Of a DNA stretch of 64,000 nucleotides, positions 39,494 to 49,421 are shown one piece after another (position 1 is the first letter of the stretch; each line of letters starts with the position of its first letter). Below the pieces are notes generated by a model, which was given only the letters and a program-made list of their open reading frames with translations, was not told the DNA's origin and ran no database searches. The position numbers and the translations under genes are program-made. Where the stretch lies: assembly GCA_002748425.1 (NCBI GenBank), contig PDSJ01000014.1, positions 128,021 through 192,020 on the forward strand, in the 5' to 3' direction. Source of the stretch: a candidate division KSB3 bacterium (GTDB lineage: Bacteria; Moduliflexota; Moduliflexia; Moduliflexales; Moduliflexaceae).

Positions 39494-39821
39494 AATTGAG
39501 AAGATCTATGCGAGATCTCAGGACGTCAGGCAGGAGTCGTTCGTTCGTAAAAAGCTTTGAGCTTCCGCGTAAGAGGAGAAAACGTTTCAGGTCAGGATGT
39601 GAAACAGCCAGCACTCGATACTTCGTTTGCTCTTTATGCTGTTTCCCTGCTCACAATGCTTCGAATTGCGCGTCAGTTGTTCAGAGATCCACATCGCGCT
39701 TCTTCTCATGGCGTGAAATACTCTTTTTCCTGCTTGACAATTTGAGCTTTGTCATGTCAGGAATTTGTTGGCTGCTGTTAACCGATCTTAATAAATATAC
39801 GGACATCCCCGGAGGGTAAAG

Positions 39822-40655
39822 ATGATGAAAATGAGAAAAATTTTAGCTGTTATTATGGTGCTGTTGTGTGTTGGTTCGAGCGCTTCGGCCGGCGAAGCCG
39901 AACTGGCAGAACTGCTTTTGCAGGCTCATGAAGGCAAACTCCCGATGCCGGTTCTCTCGATGCTGGCCCCTGATCTGGATGTGACTGCCGCCTATGCAGT
40001 GCAGAAAGCCTATGTCGAGAAACGTCTGCTCTCTGATCGCATTGCCGGGTTTAAAGCCGGTTTGACCTCGGAAGCGGGGCAGCGGAAATTTGGAGTGAAT
40101 GAGCCTGTGGCCGGTATCTTGTTCGCCTCGGGCAAGCTGACCGGTACACCGATCCTTGATCGTTCGGCTTTCACGCTGCTGATGCTTGAGGTCGAATTCG
40201 GCTTTGTGTTTAAGGATACGATTTCAGCGCAGATCAAGGATATTGCAGAACTCCAGGAAAAAGTGGCATCCGTGATGCCGGTTATCGAAATCCCGGATCT
40301 CGCTTATACAGAGATGAAACAGCTCAAAGGCGTCGACATTATCGCAAGCAATGTGGCGGCGAAACAATTTCTTGTGGGAGAGGCTCAGGATTTTCGCGGT
40401 CAGGATATAAATACTGTCAGTGTAACGCTTTCGCGGGATGGCTCAGAGCTGAATACTGCCAAAGGAAGCGATGCGCTTGGAGATCAGTGGGAGGCAGCGT
40501 TATGGCTTGTTAATACGATCATCGAGCAAGAATGGACGCTTGAAGCAGGACAGCTCATTATTACGGGAGCTTTGGGAAAAATGCTTCCAGGCAAAGCGGG
40601 AAAATATGTCGCTGATTATGGGGAGCTTGGGAAAATAGCCTTTGAAGTTCGGTGA
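39822..40655 (+). CDS. 2-keto-4-pentenoate hydratase (MhpD)-family protein, secreted (putative)
   Basis: Signal peptide. …DVTAAYAVQKAYVEKRL…GFKAGLTS… resembles the hydratase/decarboxylase family N-terminal region. RBS GGAGGG. Confidence 0.45.
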   Translation: MMKMRKILAVIMVLLCVGSSASAGEAELAELLLQAHEGKLPMPVLSMLAPDLDVTAAYAVQKAYVEKRLLSDRIAGFKAGLTSEAGQRKFGVNEPVAGILFASGKLTGTPILDRSAFTLLMLEVEFGFVFKDTISAQIKDIAELQEKVASVMPVIEIPDLAYTEMKQLKGVDIIASNVAAKQFLVGEAQDFRGQDINTVSVTLSRDGSELNTAKGSDALGDQWEAALWLVNTIIEQEWTLEAGQLIITGALGKMLPGKAGKYVADYGELGKIAFEVR

Positions 40656-40807
40656 CGGCAGGACCGTAAAAACTCCTCATCACGCGGGCCGTTGACTGCC
40701 CTATTGCGAGCAGACCAGGATGCCTATATGAGGGCATACTGAGCGACAGCTATGCCGTCTGGAAGCCATTTTTGGAGATAGAATCACGATTGAGAAGACG
40801 CAGTGAC

Positions 40808-41770
40808 ATGCTGAGAGAAGCGGCCGCCGCCTGTGAGCGGCGTTTGGAAATATTATCAGGCGTAAGCGATGCATTTCGCTGCATTCATCGCGGTGAACTT
40901 CAGGGACGTCCGCTGGCCATTGATCGCTTTGGAGCATGGCTCTGCGTGACCGGATTTGACGAAAATCTGCCCTCAAAACAACTCCAGGAAAGCATCTCGC
41001 CAGTATTGGAGTATTTTCATGAACGGCTCGGCTGTCAGGGAGGCATCATCAGGACTCATCAGCAGGATCCGCATCGACGTACACTCTTTGCTGATGTGAT
41101 CTCCTGGGGCAAGAAAGCGCCTGAAAGGTTTTTCGTCAGAGAGTATGATCTGCAATTTGAAGTTGCGTTAAACGGATCGCAACATGCGGGGCTGTTTCTG
41201 GATCAGCGGGATTCGCGCCGAAAGATCGCTCGGATGTCACGAGGCAGGCGCGTTGCCAATCTTTTTGCATTTAGTTGTGCCTTTTCCGTTGTTGCGGCCC
41301 AGGCCGGTGCCGAGGTTGTTTTTTCAGTCGATTTGGCCGCCGGAGCCCTTGAACGCGGGAAACGCAACTTCGCACAGAATGGGCTGACAGGAACAGGGCG
41401 TGGAAAATTTATCAAAGAAAACGTCCAAAAATGGTTGAGCCGGCAAGTGCGCAAGAAATCCGTCAGCCCTGCGTCATTCAAAGCCTGGGATCTTGTGATC
41501 TGCGATCCTCCAGTGTTTTCGTCTTCCGGCAAGAAAGGCTCTTTCTCCGTGGAAAAAGCCTGGCCCGGGCTCGCCGATCGGATTCGGGAAATTCTCTCGA
41601 ATGACGGCATTGCGCTATTTTGCAACAATCACCGCAATGGCAGCGAAGCGTACTACCGTTCAGAACTGGAGAAGCGTTTTTCTTCAGTCACGCGTCTGCC
41701 CCAACCCCCTGACTTTCCTGAGTTCACAGGGTCCCTTCCCCATGTCCGGACCTATTGGTGTGAGGTCTGA
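40808..41770 (+). CDS. class I SAM-dependent methyltransferase (RlmI/RlmK-like)
   Basis: …LVICDPPVFSSSGKKGSF… (DPPxF motif). Rossmann-fold MTase region preceded by an RNA-binding-like N-terminal domain. The first ATG was used, so the start is uncertain. Confidence 0.55.
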   Translation: MLREAAAACERRLEILSGVSDAFRCIHRGELQGRPLAIDRFGAWLCVTGFDENLPSKQLQESISPVLEYFHERLGCQGGIIRTHQQDPHRRTLFADVISWGKKAPERFFVREYDLQFEVALNGSQHAGLFLDQRDSRRKIARMSRGRRVANLFAFSCAFSVVAAQAGAEVVFSVDLAAGALERGKRNFAQNGLTGTGRGKFIKENVQKWLSRQVRKKSVSPASFKAWDLVICDPPVFSSSGKKGSFSVEKAWPGLADRIREILSNDGIALFCNNHRNGSEAYYRSELEKRFSSVTRLPQPPDFPEFTGSLPHVRTYWCEV

Positions 41771-43068
41771 TGCTCCCTGGTCTCTAAAGGGCATTGTGCT
41801 GCTATCGAACGTCCGGCCAGCCAGCCGGTGGAAAAAGCCGCCTGCAGGTTAAAACCGCCGGTGTCAGCATCGATGTCGATGATTTCACCGGCAAAATAGA
41901 GTCCCTTGACACGTTTTGATTGCATGGTTTTCGGATCAATGTCTTTGATAGCGATTCCACCGGCCGTCACAATCGCTTCGTCGAAAGGGCGATGGCCCAC
42001 GATGTGGAGGCGGAATTCTTTCAGCAGCATTCGCAGGCGCTGCCGATCTTTGGCGCTGAGTTCACTCAATGTTTTTTGCTCTGGAATCTCTAAGAGCTCT
42101 GAAAACACTGCGGCCATCTTTTGGGGCAGAAGACGTTTTAACAGCGCTTTGATGTGCTGTGTACCATGCTGGCGGATATCCTGCAGGAGTTGTCGATCTA
42201 AAGCCGCGTGGTCAAGGCCTGGGATAAGATCGAGAGAAAGATCGATCTGTTGCTGCGCGTTGAGACACTCCACTGCTCTTCGGCTGAGCGAGAGAACTGC
42301 CGGCCCGCTTACGCCGAAATGTGTAAAAAGCATTTCGCCGTCGGTCCGCTCGTCGAGTTTTTTATCCTTATGCCAGAGGCTGACAGTGATATTGCGTAAA
42401 CACACTCCTTGCAGCCGTTTTGCAATGCCGCCTTTAGTTTCCAGGGGGATAAGAGATGGAAATACCGGTGTTATCGTATGACCGAGCATTGAGGCCAGGC
42501 GGTATCCTGTTCCATTCGAACCGGTCTTCGGATAGGATTTCCCCCCAGTTGCGAGCAGTATGGTGACGGCGTGCAGCAGTTCTTCAGTGGAACTGTCTGT
42601 TGGCCCTGTTCTGCGGATTGTTATGCGAAAACCCTGTCCTGCCGAGTGAGCGATGTCGAGAACTTCACAGTGCGTTTTCAGAGGGATGCCAAGGTCCTCG
42701 ATCTTGCCAGTCAGTGCAGTGACAATATCTTCGGCAGCATCGCTTTGCGGGAAATAGCGTCCCTTCTCTTCACACTTGAAGCGGAGACCGAGTTCTTCAA
42801 AATAGCGCAGCAGATCCTTATGAAAAAATTTGCCAAACGCCGGGCGCAAAAAATGTCCGTTTTGGCCAAAATGCCCAATAAATTCCTTCAGATCAGCTGC
42901 ATTCGTAATATTGCAGCGTCCTTTTCCGGACAATCTCAGTTTCAGGGCCGGTTTCGACATTTTGTCGAGAATGAGAATTCTTCTGGATGGGACAACACTT
43001 TCGATCGCGGCGATTAATCCTGCCGGACCAGCTCCGATAATAATGACATCATACTGTGTGTGCTTCAT
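41752..43068 (-). CDS. HI0933-family (aminoacetone-oxidase/BaiN-like) FAD-dependent flavoprotein
   Basis: MKHTQYDVIIIGAGPAGL dinucleotide-binding motif. GGKSYPKTGSNGTGY signature of TIGR00275. Confidence 0.8.
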   Translation of the reverse strand: MKHTQYDVIIIGAGPAGLIAAIESVVPSRRILILDKMSKPALKLRLSGKGRCNITNAADLKEFIGHFGQNGHFLRPAFGKFFHKDLLRYFEELGLRFKCEEKGRYFPQSDAAEDIVTALTGKIEDLGIPLKTHCEVLDIAHSAGQGFRITIRRTGPTDSSTEELLHAVTILLATGGKSYPKTGSNGTGYRLASMLGHTITPVFPSLIPLETKGGIAKRLQGVCLRNITVSLWHKDKKLDERTDGEMLFTHFGVSGPAVLSLSRRAVECLNAQQQIDLSLDLIPGLDHAALDRQLLQDIRQHGTQHIKALLKRLLPQKMAAVFSELLEIPEQKTLSELSAKDRQRLRMLLKEFRLHIVGHRPFDEAIVTAGGIAIKDIDPKTMQSKRVKGLYFAGEIIDIDADTGGFNLQAAFSTGWLAGRSIAAQCPLETREHQTSHQ

Positions 43069-43482
43069 ATGCCTTTCCTTTTCTCACCACTGTAAAGGCG
43101 CAAAAATGCAACGTGTCCGGCTGAAAAGCTTCCACCGGCATGTCAGGCGAACTCTTTGTTGAAACCGGGGGCGTGTCAAGCAGAATTCTCATGAGCCTGG
43201 AAAAAAGCAGAGGCAGTCCAGACGATCAGGCCGTCAACAAGACGATGCAGCAGAAGCTCGATCCGTTCGTAATATGATCAAAGAGTTTGGCATAGAAGCG
43301 TTCCTGCATAGGATAAAAAAGCTTGACAACGCTCAGAAAACCAAAAGTTATTCACACGATTGGACAGGAAGTGTGCCTGCTCCCGTCAGGGAGGCTTTTG
43401 AGAAATACTTGGAATACGAGCTTGTCACAGTATCGTTTGGATATTGGCACATCAGTCTGTGAAGGGGCGGCGTATGCCCTGA

Positions 43483-43743
43483 ATGGACAGGTTCTTGCTG
43501 ACACTGCCTTATGTTGAGCCGACCGGGTCTCCGCATTTCATTAAGGTGGTGGAATCCGAAACTCTGGGGGCTGCTATGCTGGCAGGTATTTCAACAGGAG
43601 CGTTGACAAACGCCCGGGACGCAGCAGCCTGTTTTGTGAAAGAGGAAAAACGTTTTGACCCGAATATGAGGCATCATGCGATCTACCAGGAGAAATATCG
43701 GAAATATTGCGGGATCTATCCGGCAATACAGCATCTCTTATAA
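43483..43743 (+). pseudogene. FGGY-family carbohydrate kinase, C-terminal remnant
   Basis: 86-aa ORF containing the FGGY C-terminal signature (…ETLGAAMLAGISTGA…). The remaining ~400 aa of a kinase are absent, with an unrelated short ORF directly upstream. Confidence 0.5.
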
Positions 43744-43858
43744 CTGAGGTGATTTCTTTCATGACCTGTTATGTTACATTTTCCCCGCAGAGAGGCAGAG
43801 ACGACCAGAACAGGCTTTTTGTGTGTTCTCTCGATCTTTGGGGCTTTCTGGCTAAGCC

Positions 43859-45082
43859 ATGACGGACAAAAAACTTGTTTTATTCGGAGCCGGCAACATC
43901 GGTCGTTCTTTTATCGGGCAACTTTTTTCACGAGGCGGTTATGAGGTCGTATTTGTGGATATTAATCCAACAATTTTAGACGCCCTGAATCGAGATCGTC
44001 AATACCGGGTCGTCATTAAGCACAACGATCAGCCTGATGAAACCATTCTGGTGGAAGATGTTCGCGCCGTCAACGGGCAGGATGTCGAACAGGTAAGCCG
44101 CGAGATCGCCGAGGCGTCCATCGTTGCAACAGCGGTCGGGAAGAGCGTATTGCCGCATATTCTTCCGGCACTTGCCGAGGGATTACGCAAACGTTTCGAA
44201 CACTACGGAAAGCTGCCCCTGGATATCATTATGGCGGAAAATTTTCGAAATGTGGCACAATTCGTGCGTGCGGAACTTCACAAGCATCTCCCTGACGACA
44301 ATGACATCGACCGTCTGGTGGGATTCGTGGAAACGAGCATCGGCAAAATGGTGCCGATCATGAAAGAGGACGATCTTGCCGAAGATCCCTCCTGGGTCTT
44401 TGCGGAAGCATATAATCAGCTTATTCTCGATGGGCGTGCCTTTAAAAATCCAATCCCGAATATTCCTGATATCGCGCCGAAAGATAATATGCAAGCCTAT
44501 GTTGACCGCAAGCTTTTCATCCATAATTCAGGCCATGCCGCTGCCGCATATTTCGGCTATCAGCACAATCCAGATTTTGAGTATCTGTATGAAGCACTCG
44601 CAATTCCTGAACTCCGGCAGCAAGTCCGTACCTGTATGCAGCAATCGGCGGCAGCCCTGAATGCAGCCTATCCCAATGACTTAAGTCTGCCGGCCCTTCT
44701 TGAGCATATTGACGATTTGTTGTTCCGTTTTCAAAATAAGGCCCTGGGAGACACGATCTTTCGGGTGGGAAGGGATGTGACTCGGAAACTTGATAAAGAC
44801 GACCGTTTAGTCGGTGCGATGCTCCTGGCTCAGCAACATCAATGCGCGTGCGAATCGATTGCTGATGCTGTGCTTGCGGCCTGTGAATTCAGAGCAAAAG
44901 ACGAGCACGGACAACTCTTCCCTGCCGACCGGCGTTTTGCCGAAGAAGACGTCCCAAGAGGACTTGAACACATTTTGACAACGGTCTGCCGCCTTTCTCC
45001 TGAGGTGAGTCTTGAGGCGGCAGTAATGGATCTGATCCTCAGCAGAGCAGAAGGACATGTTGCCTTTGCGGCAGGGTCCTGA
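43859..45082 (+). CDS. mannitol dehydrogenase-family oxidoreductase (MtlD-like)
   Basis: LFGAGNIGRSFIGQLF N-terminal NAD-binding motif as in mannitol-1-phosphate 5-dehydrogenase. 407 aa. Confidence 0.6.
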   Translation: MTDKKLVLFGAGNIGRSFIGQLFSRGGYEVVFVDINPTILDALNRDRQYRVVIKHNDQPDETILVEDVRAVNGQDVEQVSREIAEASIVATAVGKSVLPHILPALAEGLRKRFEHYGKLPLDIIMAENFRNVAQFVRAELHKHLPDDNDIDRLVGFVETSIGKMVPIMKEDDLAEDPSWVFAEAYNQLILDGRAFKNPIPNIPDIAPKDNMQAYVDRKLFIHNSGHAAAAYFGYQHNPDFEYLYEALAIPELRQQVRTCMQQSAAALNAAYPNDLSLPALLEHIDDLLFRFQNKALGDTIFRVGRDVTRKLDKDDRLVGAMLLAQQHQCACESIADAVLAACEFRAKDEHGQLFPADRRFAEEDVPRGLEHILTTVCRLSPEVSLEAAVMDLILSRAEGHVAFAAGS

Positions 45083-45157
45083 CAGAGCGGCTTAGAATTC
45101 CGTTGGAAGGAAAGTCCGACCTGCAACTGCCTTGCCGGGCTGTCGTCTTTGTATGAT

Positions 45158-46822
45158 TTAATGATATTGCCGTAACGCCTGAGAGATGTTCAGGCAGGAA
45201 TCGCCGATATGTTCAATATGTTGCAGCATATCGATATACAAGAGTTCTCCTTTGACGTCAGCGCCTTTTTGTAAGCGCGTTTGAGCATTTTTTTTCAATT
45301 TTTTGCGTAAGGCGTCAATGGCATTTTCTATTCTATAAGCGTGTAAAAGTTCTTTCTCGGAAAGCGGGGCATTGAGGTGGCTTTTGTTAAAGGCCATAAA
45401 TTGCTGCACAAGGTCGGTATATGGTGTCAGGTTTTGGAGCACGTCTGAGGAGAGAGCGATCGCCTTTTTATTGCGCCGATGGGATAATAGACCCAATGTG
45501 AAGCAGCTGTCAGCGATTCGTTCCATTTCATGGGCAATGCGGATCATCAGATTGACGTTCGTGGCACTGTCCTTATTGAGCTCGTCGCGGCTGCATTCGA
45601 TCAGAAATCGTGTGATTTGTTCCTGCATTTGATCGGTGTACTCTTCCATCTTTTCCAGCGACGTTAATGTTGCAGAGCTCTCCTCTTCCTGAGAGCACGG
45701 CAGGATGTCGAGAAAGCTGCTGAACATATCCTGAAGAATATCCTGCATTTTCGACAGTTCCATTTTGGCTTCGAGAATCTTTATCTCACCGGTCTCGTGC
45801 AGGGGAGAGGAAAGGTATTTTAGGGTATATTTTTCTCTCTCTTCCTGCTTCTCGTCTCGTACAAGCCTGACGGCCAGTTTTTCAAGCGGGCTGACAAAGC
45901 CAATCAGTAAGCAAGTGTTTACGAGGTTGAACATCGTGTGAAACATCGCCAGGTGCGCGGGAATTCCGGCCGGTGTGAACATATCGCCGGGGACAACGAT
46001 TTCGACAAAATGCAAGAACGGCTTAAAAACGCAGAGCATCCAGAGGACACCTAACAGGTTGAACATGGTATGAGCGCGGGCCGCTCTCCGCGCGTTGACC
46101 TGGGCGCCGATAGATGCCAAAAACGCAGTGATGGTGGTTCCGATGTTTTCACCGAGCACAATGGCAGCAGCTGTGTAGATATCAATCCAGCCGGCATGAG
46201 CCATCGTTAAAGTGATTGCCATGGCTGCACTCGAGGATTGGACAAGCACCGTCAGCACCGCACCGACCAGGATAAACATTATTAAAGATGTAAATCCTGA
46301 ATCAGTGTAGTTGCTGAGAAATTGTAACAGCTCTGGATTGTTCTGGATATCCGGCACTGAGAGCTTCAAATAGTTCAAGCCCAACAAGAGGACCCCGAAG
46401 CCTGTCAGAATCTCACCCCAGGCTTCTTTGTTCCATTTTCGAATGATCAGCATGGGAAATCCAATGCCGATCGTCGGTAATGCGATTGTGATGATGTTAA
46501 ATTTGAAGCCTAACATGGCCACGACCCATCCGGTGACGGTCGTCCCGATGTTCGCGCCCATAATAACGCCGATGGCTTGCTCCAGGGACAACAGGGCTGC
46601 ATCCACAAAACTCACAATCATGACCGTTGTTGCTGACGATGATTGAATGATCGCCGTAATGGCAAATCCTGTAAAGACCGCAGCAAATCGGTTTCCGGTC
46701 ATGAAATTCATAATTGCGTGCAGACGTTCTCCCGATGTTCGCTGAATGCCTTCACTCATGGTTTTCATGCCGAATAAAAACACGCCCAGACTGCCGATAA
46801 TTTCCAGCAAGCTATATATCAT
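45158..46822 (-). CDS. Na/Pi-cotransporter family protein with PhoU-like C-terminal domain
   Basis: MIYSLLEIIGSLGVFLFGMKTMSEGIQ… (NptA family). Duplicated membrane repeat plus a cytoplasmic PhoU-like tail. Strong RBS GGGAGGAGAG before the ATG at 46822. Confidence 0.8.
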   Translation of the reverse strand: MIYSLLEIIGSLGVFLFGMKTMSEGIQRTSGERLHAIMNFMTGNRFAAVFTGFAITAIIQSSSATTVMIVSFVDAALLSLEQAIGVIMGANIGTTVTGWVVAMLGFKFNIITIALPTIGIGFPMLIIRKWNKEAWGEILTGFGVLLLGLNYLKLSVPDIQNNPELLQFLSNYTDSGFTSLIMFILVGAVLTVLVQSSSAAMAITLTMAHAGWIDIYTAAAIVLGENIGTTITAFLASIGAQVNARRAARAHTMFNLLGVLWMLCVFKPFLHFVEIVVPGDMFTPAGIPAHLAMFHTMFNLVNTCLLIGFVSPLEKLAVRLVRDEKQEEREKYTLKYLSSPLHETGEIKILEAKMELSKMQDILQDMFSSFLDILPCSQEEESSATLTSLEKMEEYTDQMQEQITRFLIECSRDELNKDSATNVNLMIRIAHEMERIADSCFTLGLLSHRRNKKAIALSSDVLQNLTPYTDLVQQFMAFNKSHLNAPLSEKELLHAYRIENAIDALRKKLKKNAQTRLQKGADVKGELLYIDMLQHIEHIGDSCLNISQALRQYH

Positions 46823-46948
46823 AATCTCTCCTCCCTGGGTCACAAAGCCTGGCTTTTTTGTGAGGTATAGATTGAATGTTAACGAAGACTGTTTTTTGTC
46901 AAGTCATATTCATCGTGAGGGAAATCGCAATGTCAGCAAAGAGAGTTC

Positions 46949-46977
46949 TTGACTTTTTCCTGTGATTGTTGTATTCT
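46949..46977 (+). promoter_or_regulatory. candidate sigma70 promoter upstream of the mazF-like gene
   Basis: TTGACT (46949-46954), 17-nt spacer, TATTCT (46972-46977). Confidence 0.4.
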
Positions 46978-47118
46978 TTATATCTGAAAATTGAGAACGG
47001 AATTTCCTGTCTAAACGATCACAGTTTGACAGAGCAGGAATGAAATGAAACTAAGGCTGAAGAAAGATGTTCTTTTAAAGAGGAAAAGAGAGCCGATTAT
47101 GGTTGAAATGGAGGCATC

Positions 47119-47448
47119 ATGGACATCCGCCAGGGAGACGTATTTTGGATCTATTTAGACGAACCCTTTGGCTCGGAGCCTGGCTACCGTCGGCCGTATG
47201 TCGTGATTCAGAATAACCTGTTTAATGGAACTTCGCTTGATACCATCATTGTGTGTGCGTTGACGAGTAATCTCAAAAATGCCTGTCACCCGGAGAATGT
47301 GCTCTTAAGGAAAGGTGAAGCGAACTTGCCGAAACAGAGTCTGGTGAATGTCTCACAAGTTTTTACAGTGGACAGGCGTGAGTTAACAGAGCGAATCGGC
47401 TCTCTCTTCAGCGCATTCGTCAAATTCTGCATGGAATCCGAATACTGA
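47119..47448 (+). CDS. mazF: type II toxin-antitoxin toxin, MazF/PemK family (mRNA interferase)
   Basis: …GDVFWIYLDEPFGSEPGYRRPYVVIQNNLFN…IIVCALTS… matches the PemK/MazF core. RBS GGAGG. Confidence 0.75.
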   Translation: MDIRQGDVFWIYLDEPFGSEPGYRRPYVVIQNNLFNGTSLDTIIVCALTSNLKNACHPENVLLRKGEANLPKQSLVNVSQVFTVDRRELTERIGSLFSAFVKFCMESEY

Positions 47449-47576
47449 CAGAGCCGACCCGAAATTATTAGCGATTAGCGCGTTTTCACGAATTCCGCAT
47501 AATACCGGGATCCGCTTGAGAGCGGCGTGTTGCTGTGATGAAAGAACCTGGAGCTGATTTTTGAGGAGAACTGAAC

Positions 47577-47954
47577 ATGAGCAATGTGACGAATGATATG
47601 GATGAATTTGACTTTATTGATTCAGAGGTGGAAGACATCGGTGTGGATGTGAATATGCCTGGTTTCAGAGATTCCATCGATTTTGATGGAGTGGGGCCGG
47701 ATATTGTCGACAAGACTGAAATTATTATCTGTACAAAAGATTTCCGCCTGCGTGGGAAAGTTTCTCTTGTGCCGGGAGCCAGACTGACTGATTATATTAT
47801 CGAATCCCATCAATTTATCGCGGTTACTGATGCCGAAGTGAGGGACATTCAAGGTCGGTTGATTCTGCATACACCGTTTTTAGACATTAACCGGGATCAT
47901 ATCGTACTTATCCTGCCCTATGAATTTGCCAAACTGTCGGACTCACTCTTTTAA
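47577..47954 (+). CDS. hypothetical protein with acidic N-terminus (125 aa)
   Basis: Good RBS (GAGGAG 8 nt upstream). No recognisable domain. Confidence 0.4.
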   Translation: MSNVTNDMDEFDFIDSEVEDIGVDVNMPGFRDSIDFDGVGPDIVDKTEIIICTKDFRLRGKVSLVPGARLTDYIIESHQFIAVTDAEVRDIQGRLILHTPFLDINRDHIVLILPYEFAKLSDSLF

Positions 47955-48167
47955 GTGCGACATCTTTGCTGTGACGCTGTCGTTCCTGCTCTCTGAATAC
48001 AGGAGGCTGTCTTTATCATGCGATCATATTGCCGGGCCGGACACAGTATAGAGATAAACGACATGTTGACGGACGGTTGATCTGGATTAAGACAGCAACA
48101 CAGCGTACACACCCACCCATCCCCCCCTTATCGTCGGGAGTACTCTACGCCACCGTAAGAACAGAGA

Positions 48168-49193
48168 TTATGGGAATGTGGAAAGCGTTATGTCTCCTCG
48201 TTCCAGTGTGCTTTCAGGAATGATTCGAATGTTGTGCGCGTGAAAAGTGTCTCTGAGCTTGCGGAGGTTGCTGTTTTTCTGGCCGCGAGCTGTGGAAAGA
48301 TCTTGCGGTGAGACGTGAAAAACCAGTGTGTGCATGGAGGTGTTGTGCTTCTCAATTCTGGCCGCCATCCTGTCGTAGAACATGGCGGATTCCACCAATT
48401 GTCTGAATGCTGGGTGATAAGGACCAGCAAGAAGGTGCTGCTCCATACTACTGGTTGTTTGAAGACCGATTCTTGTCACAGGAAGATGGTGGAATTTGAA
48501 CAAGGCTAGCATCTCTTTACTGGTCTGTACGGCCGCTTCAAGGCTGAGAGGCTGGTACTGTCCGGTTCTATACAGTGCTGCCAGTCGAGTTCCCTGGATG
48601 ACTAAACAGGGATGGATGCGGACTGAATCAGGCTTCACATCAATTGTCTGACGGGCTGAACGCAAGCTTGTTTCATGTGAATCGCCGGGAAGTCCGATCA
48701 TCAGATGAATTCCGACCTTAATGTTCTGCTCATGGAGTGCGCGAACGATTGTGACGACATCAGCCGCCGTATGCTGCCGCCCAGCGAGTTCGAGGACCCG
48801 ATCATCGAAAGATTGAACGCCTAACTCGACAAGGCGTACGGAACAGCGCCGGAGCACGTTCAGAATTTCTTCATTAAACATTGCCGGATGCGTAGAGAGT
48901 CGGATCCCTGAAATTTTGCCCCGATCGACATAATCCTGGACCGTGTGCAGCAGCTCTTGCTGCTTTGCAAGCGGGAGTCCTGTAAAACTTCCACCATAAA
49001 AAGCGAGGTCGAAATCTACGTTTCGATCTTGACTTTTAGGCTCATGCAACGCCCGGTCGATTTGTTGCCGCAATCGGTCCGGGCTGAGAGCGGCGAGCGT
49101 ATTCACCCCGGTGATATTGGCCTGATGGCAGAAGCTGCAGCTCTGGGAGCATCCCTGCTGCGGGACAAAAATAGAGATGATTTTTTTCTTCAT
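48168..49193 (-). CDS. radical SAM protein (ELP3/YhcC-like family)
   Basis: CxxxCxxC cluster near the N-terminus (GCSQSCSFCHQ). 341 aa. Confidence 0.7.
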   Translation of the reverse strand: MKKKIISIFVPQQGCSQSCSFCHQANITGVNTLAALSPDRLRQQIDRALHEPKSQDRNVDFDLAFYGGSFTGLPLAKQQELLHTVQDYVDRGKISGIRLSTHPAMFNEEILNVLRRCSVRLVELGVQSFDDRVLELAGRQHTAADVVTIVRALHEQNIKVGIHLMIGLPGDSHETSLRSARQTIDVKPDSVRIHPCLVIQGTRLAALYRTGQYQPLSLEAAVQTSKEMLALFKFHHLPVTRIGLQTTSSMEQHLLAGPYHPAFRQLVESAMFYDRMAARIEKHNTSMHTLVFHVSPQDLSTARGQKNSNLRKLRDTFHAHNIRIIPESTLERGDITLSTFP

Positions 49194-49310
49194 GATATAA
49201 CATGGGTCGCGGGCAGAAGAAAATCGTCAAGAGAGAATTGTGCCGGAAAAAGAAATTGTTTCGAGGAAGAATGTATTGTACATTTGGGGGGAAGGGACCA
49301 ACACAGCACA

Positions 49311-49384
49311 TACGCCCGAGAGGACTCGAACCTCCGACCTAAGGATTAGGAATCCTTCGCTCTATCCAGCTGAGCTACGGGCGC
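49311..49384 (-). tRNA. tRNA-Arg (anticodon CCU)
   Basis: Reverse complement reads GCGCCCGTAGCTCAGCTGGATAGAGCG-AAGGATTCCTAATCCTT-AGGTCGGAGGTTCGAGTCCTCTCGGGCGT-A. Cloverleaf with a G1:U72 wobble, CCU anticodon, no encoded CCA. Confidence 0.85.
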
Positions 49385-49421
49385 ATATTGTCTGTGATGC
49401 CGATAAGCAGCATATCGGCCG

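Noticed and set aside
41906-42481. 191-aa + strand ORF antisense to the HI0933 flavoprotein gene
   Set aside because: Fully embedded antisense ORF with no independent signals.
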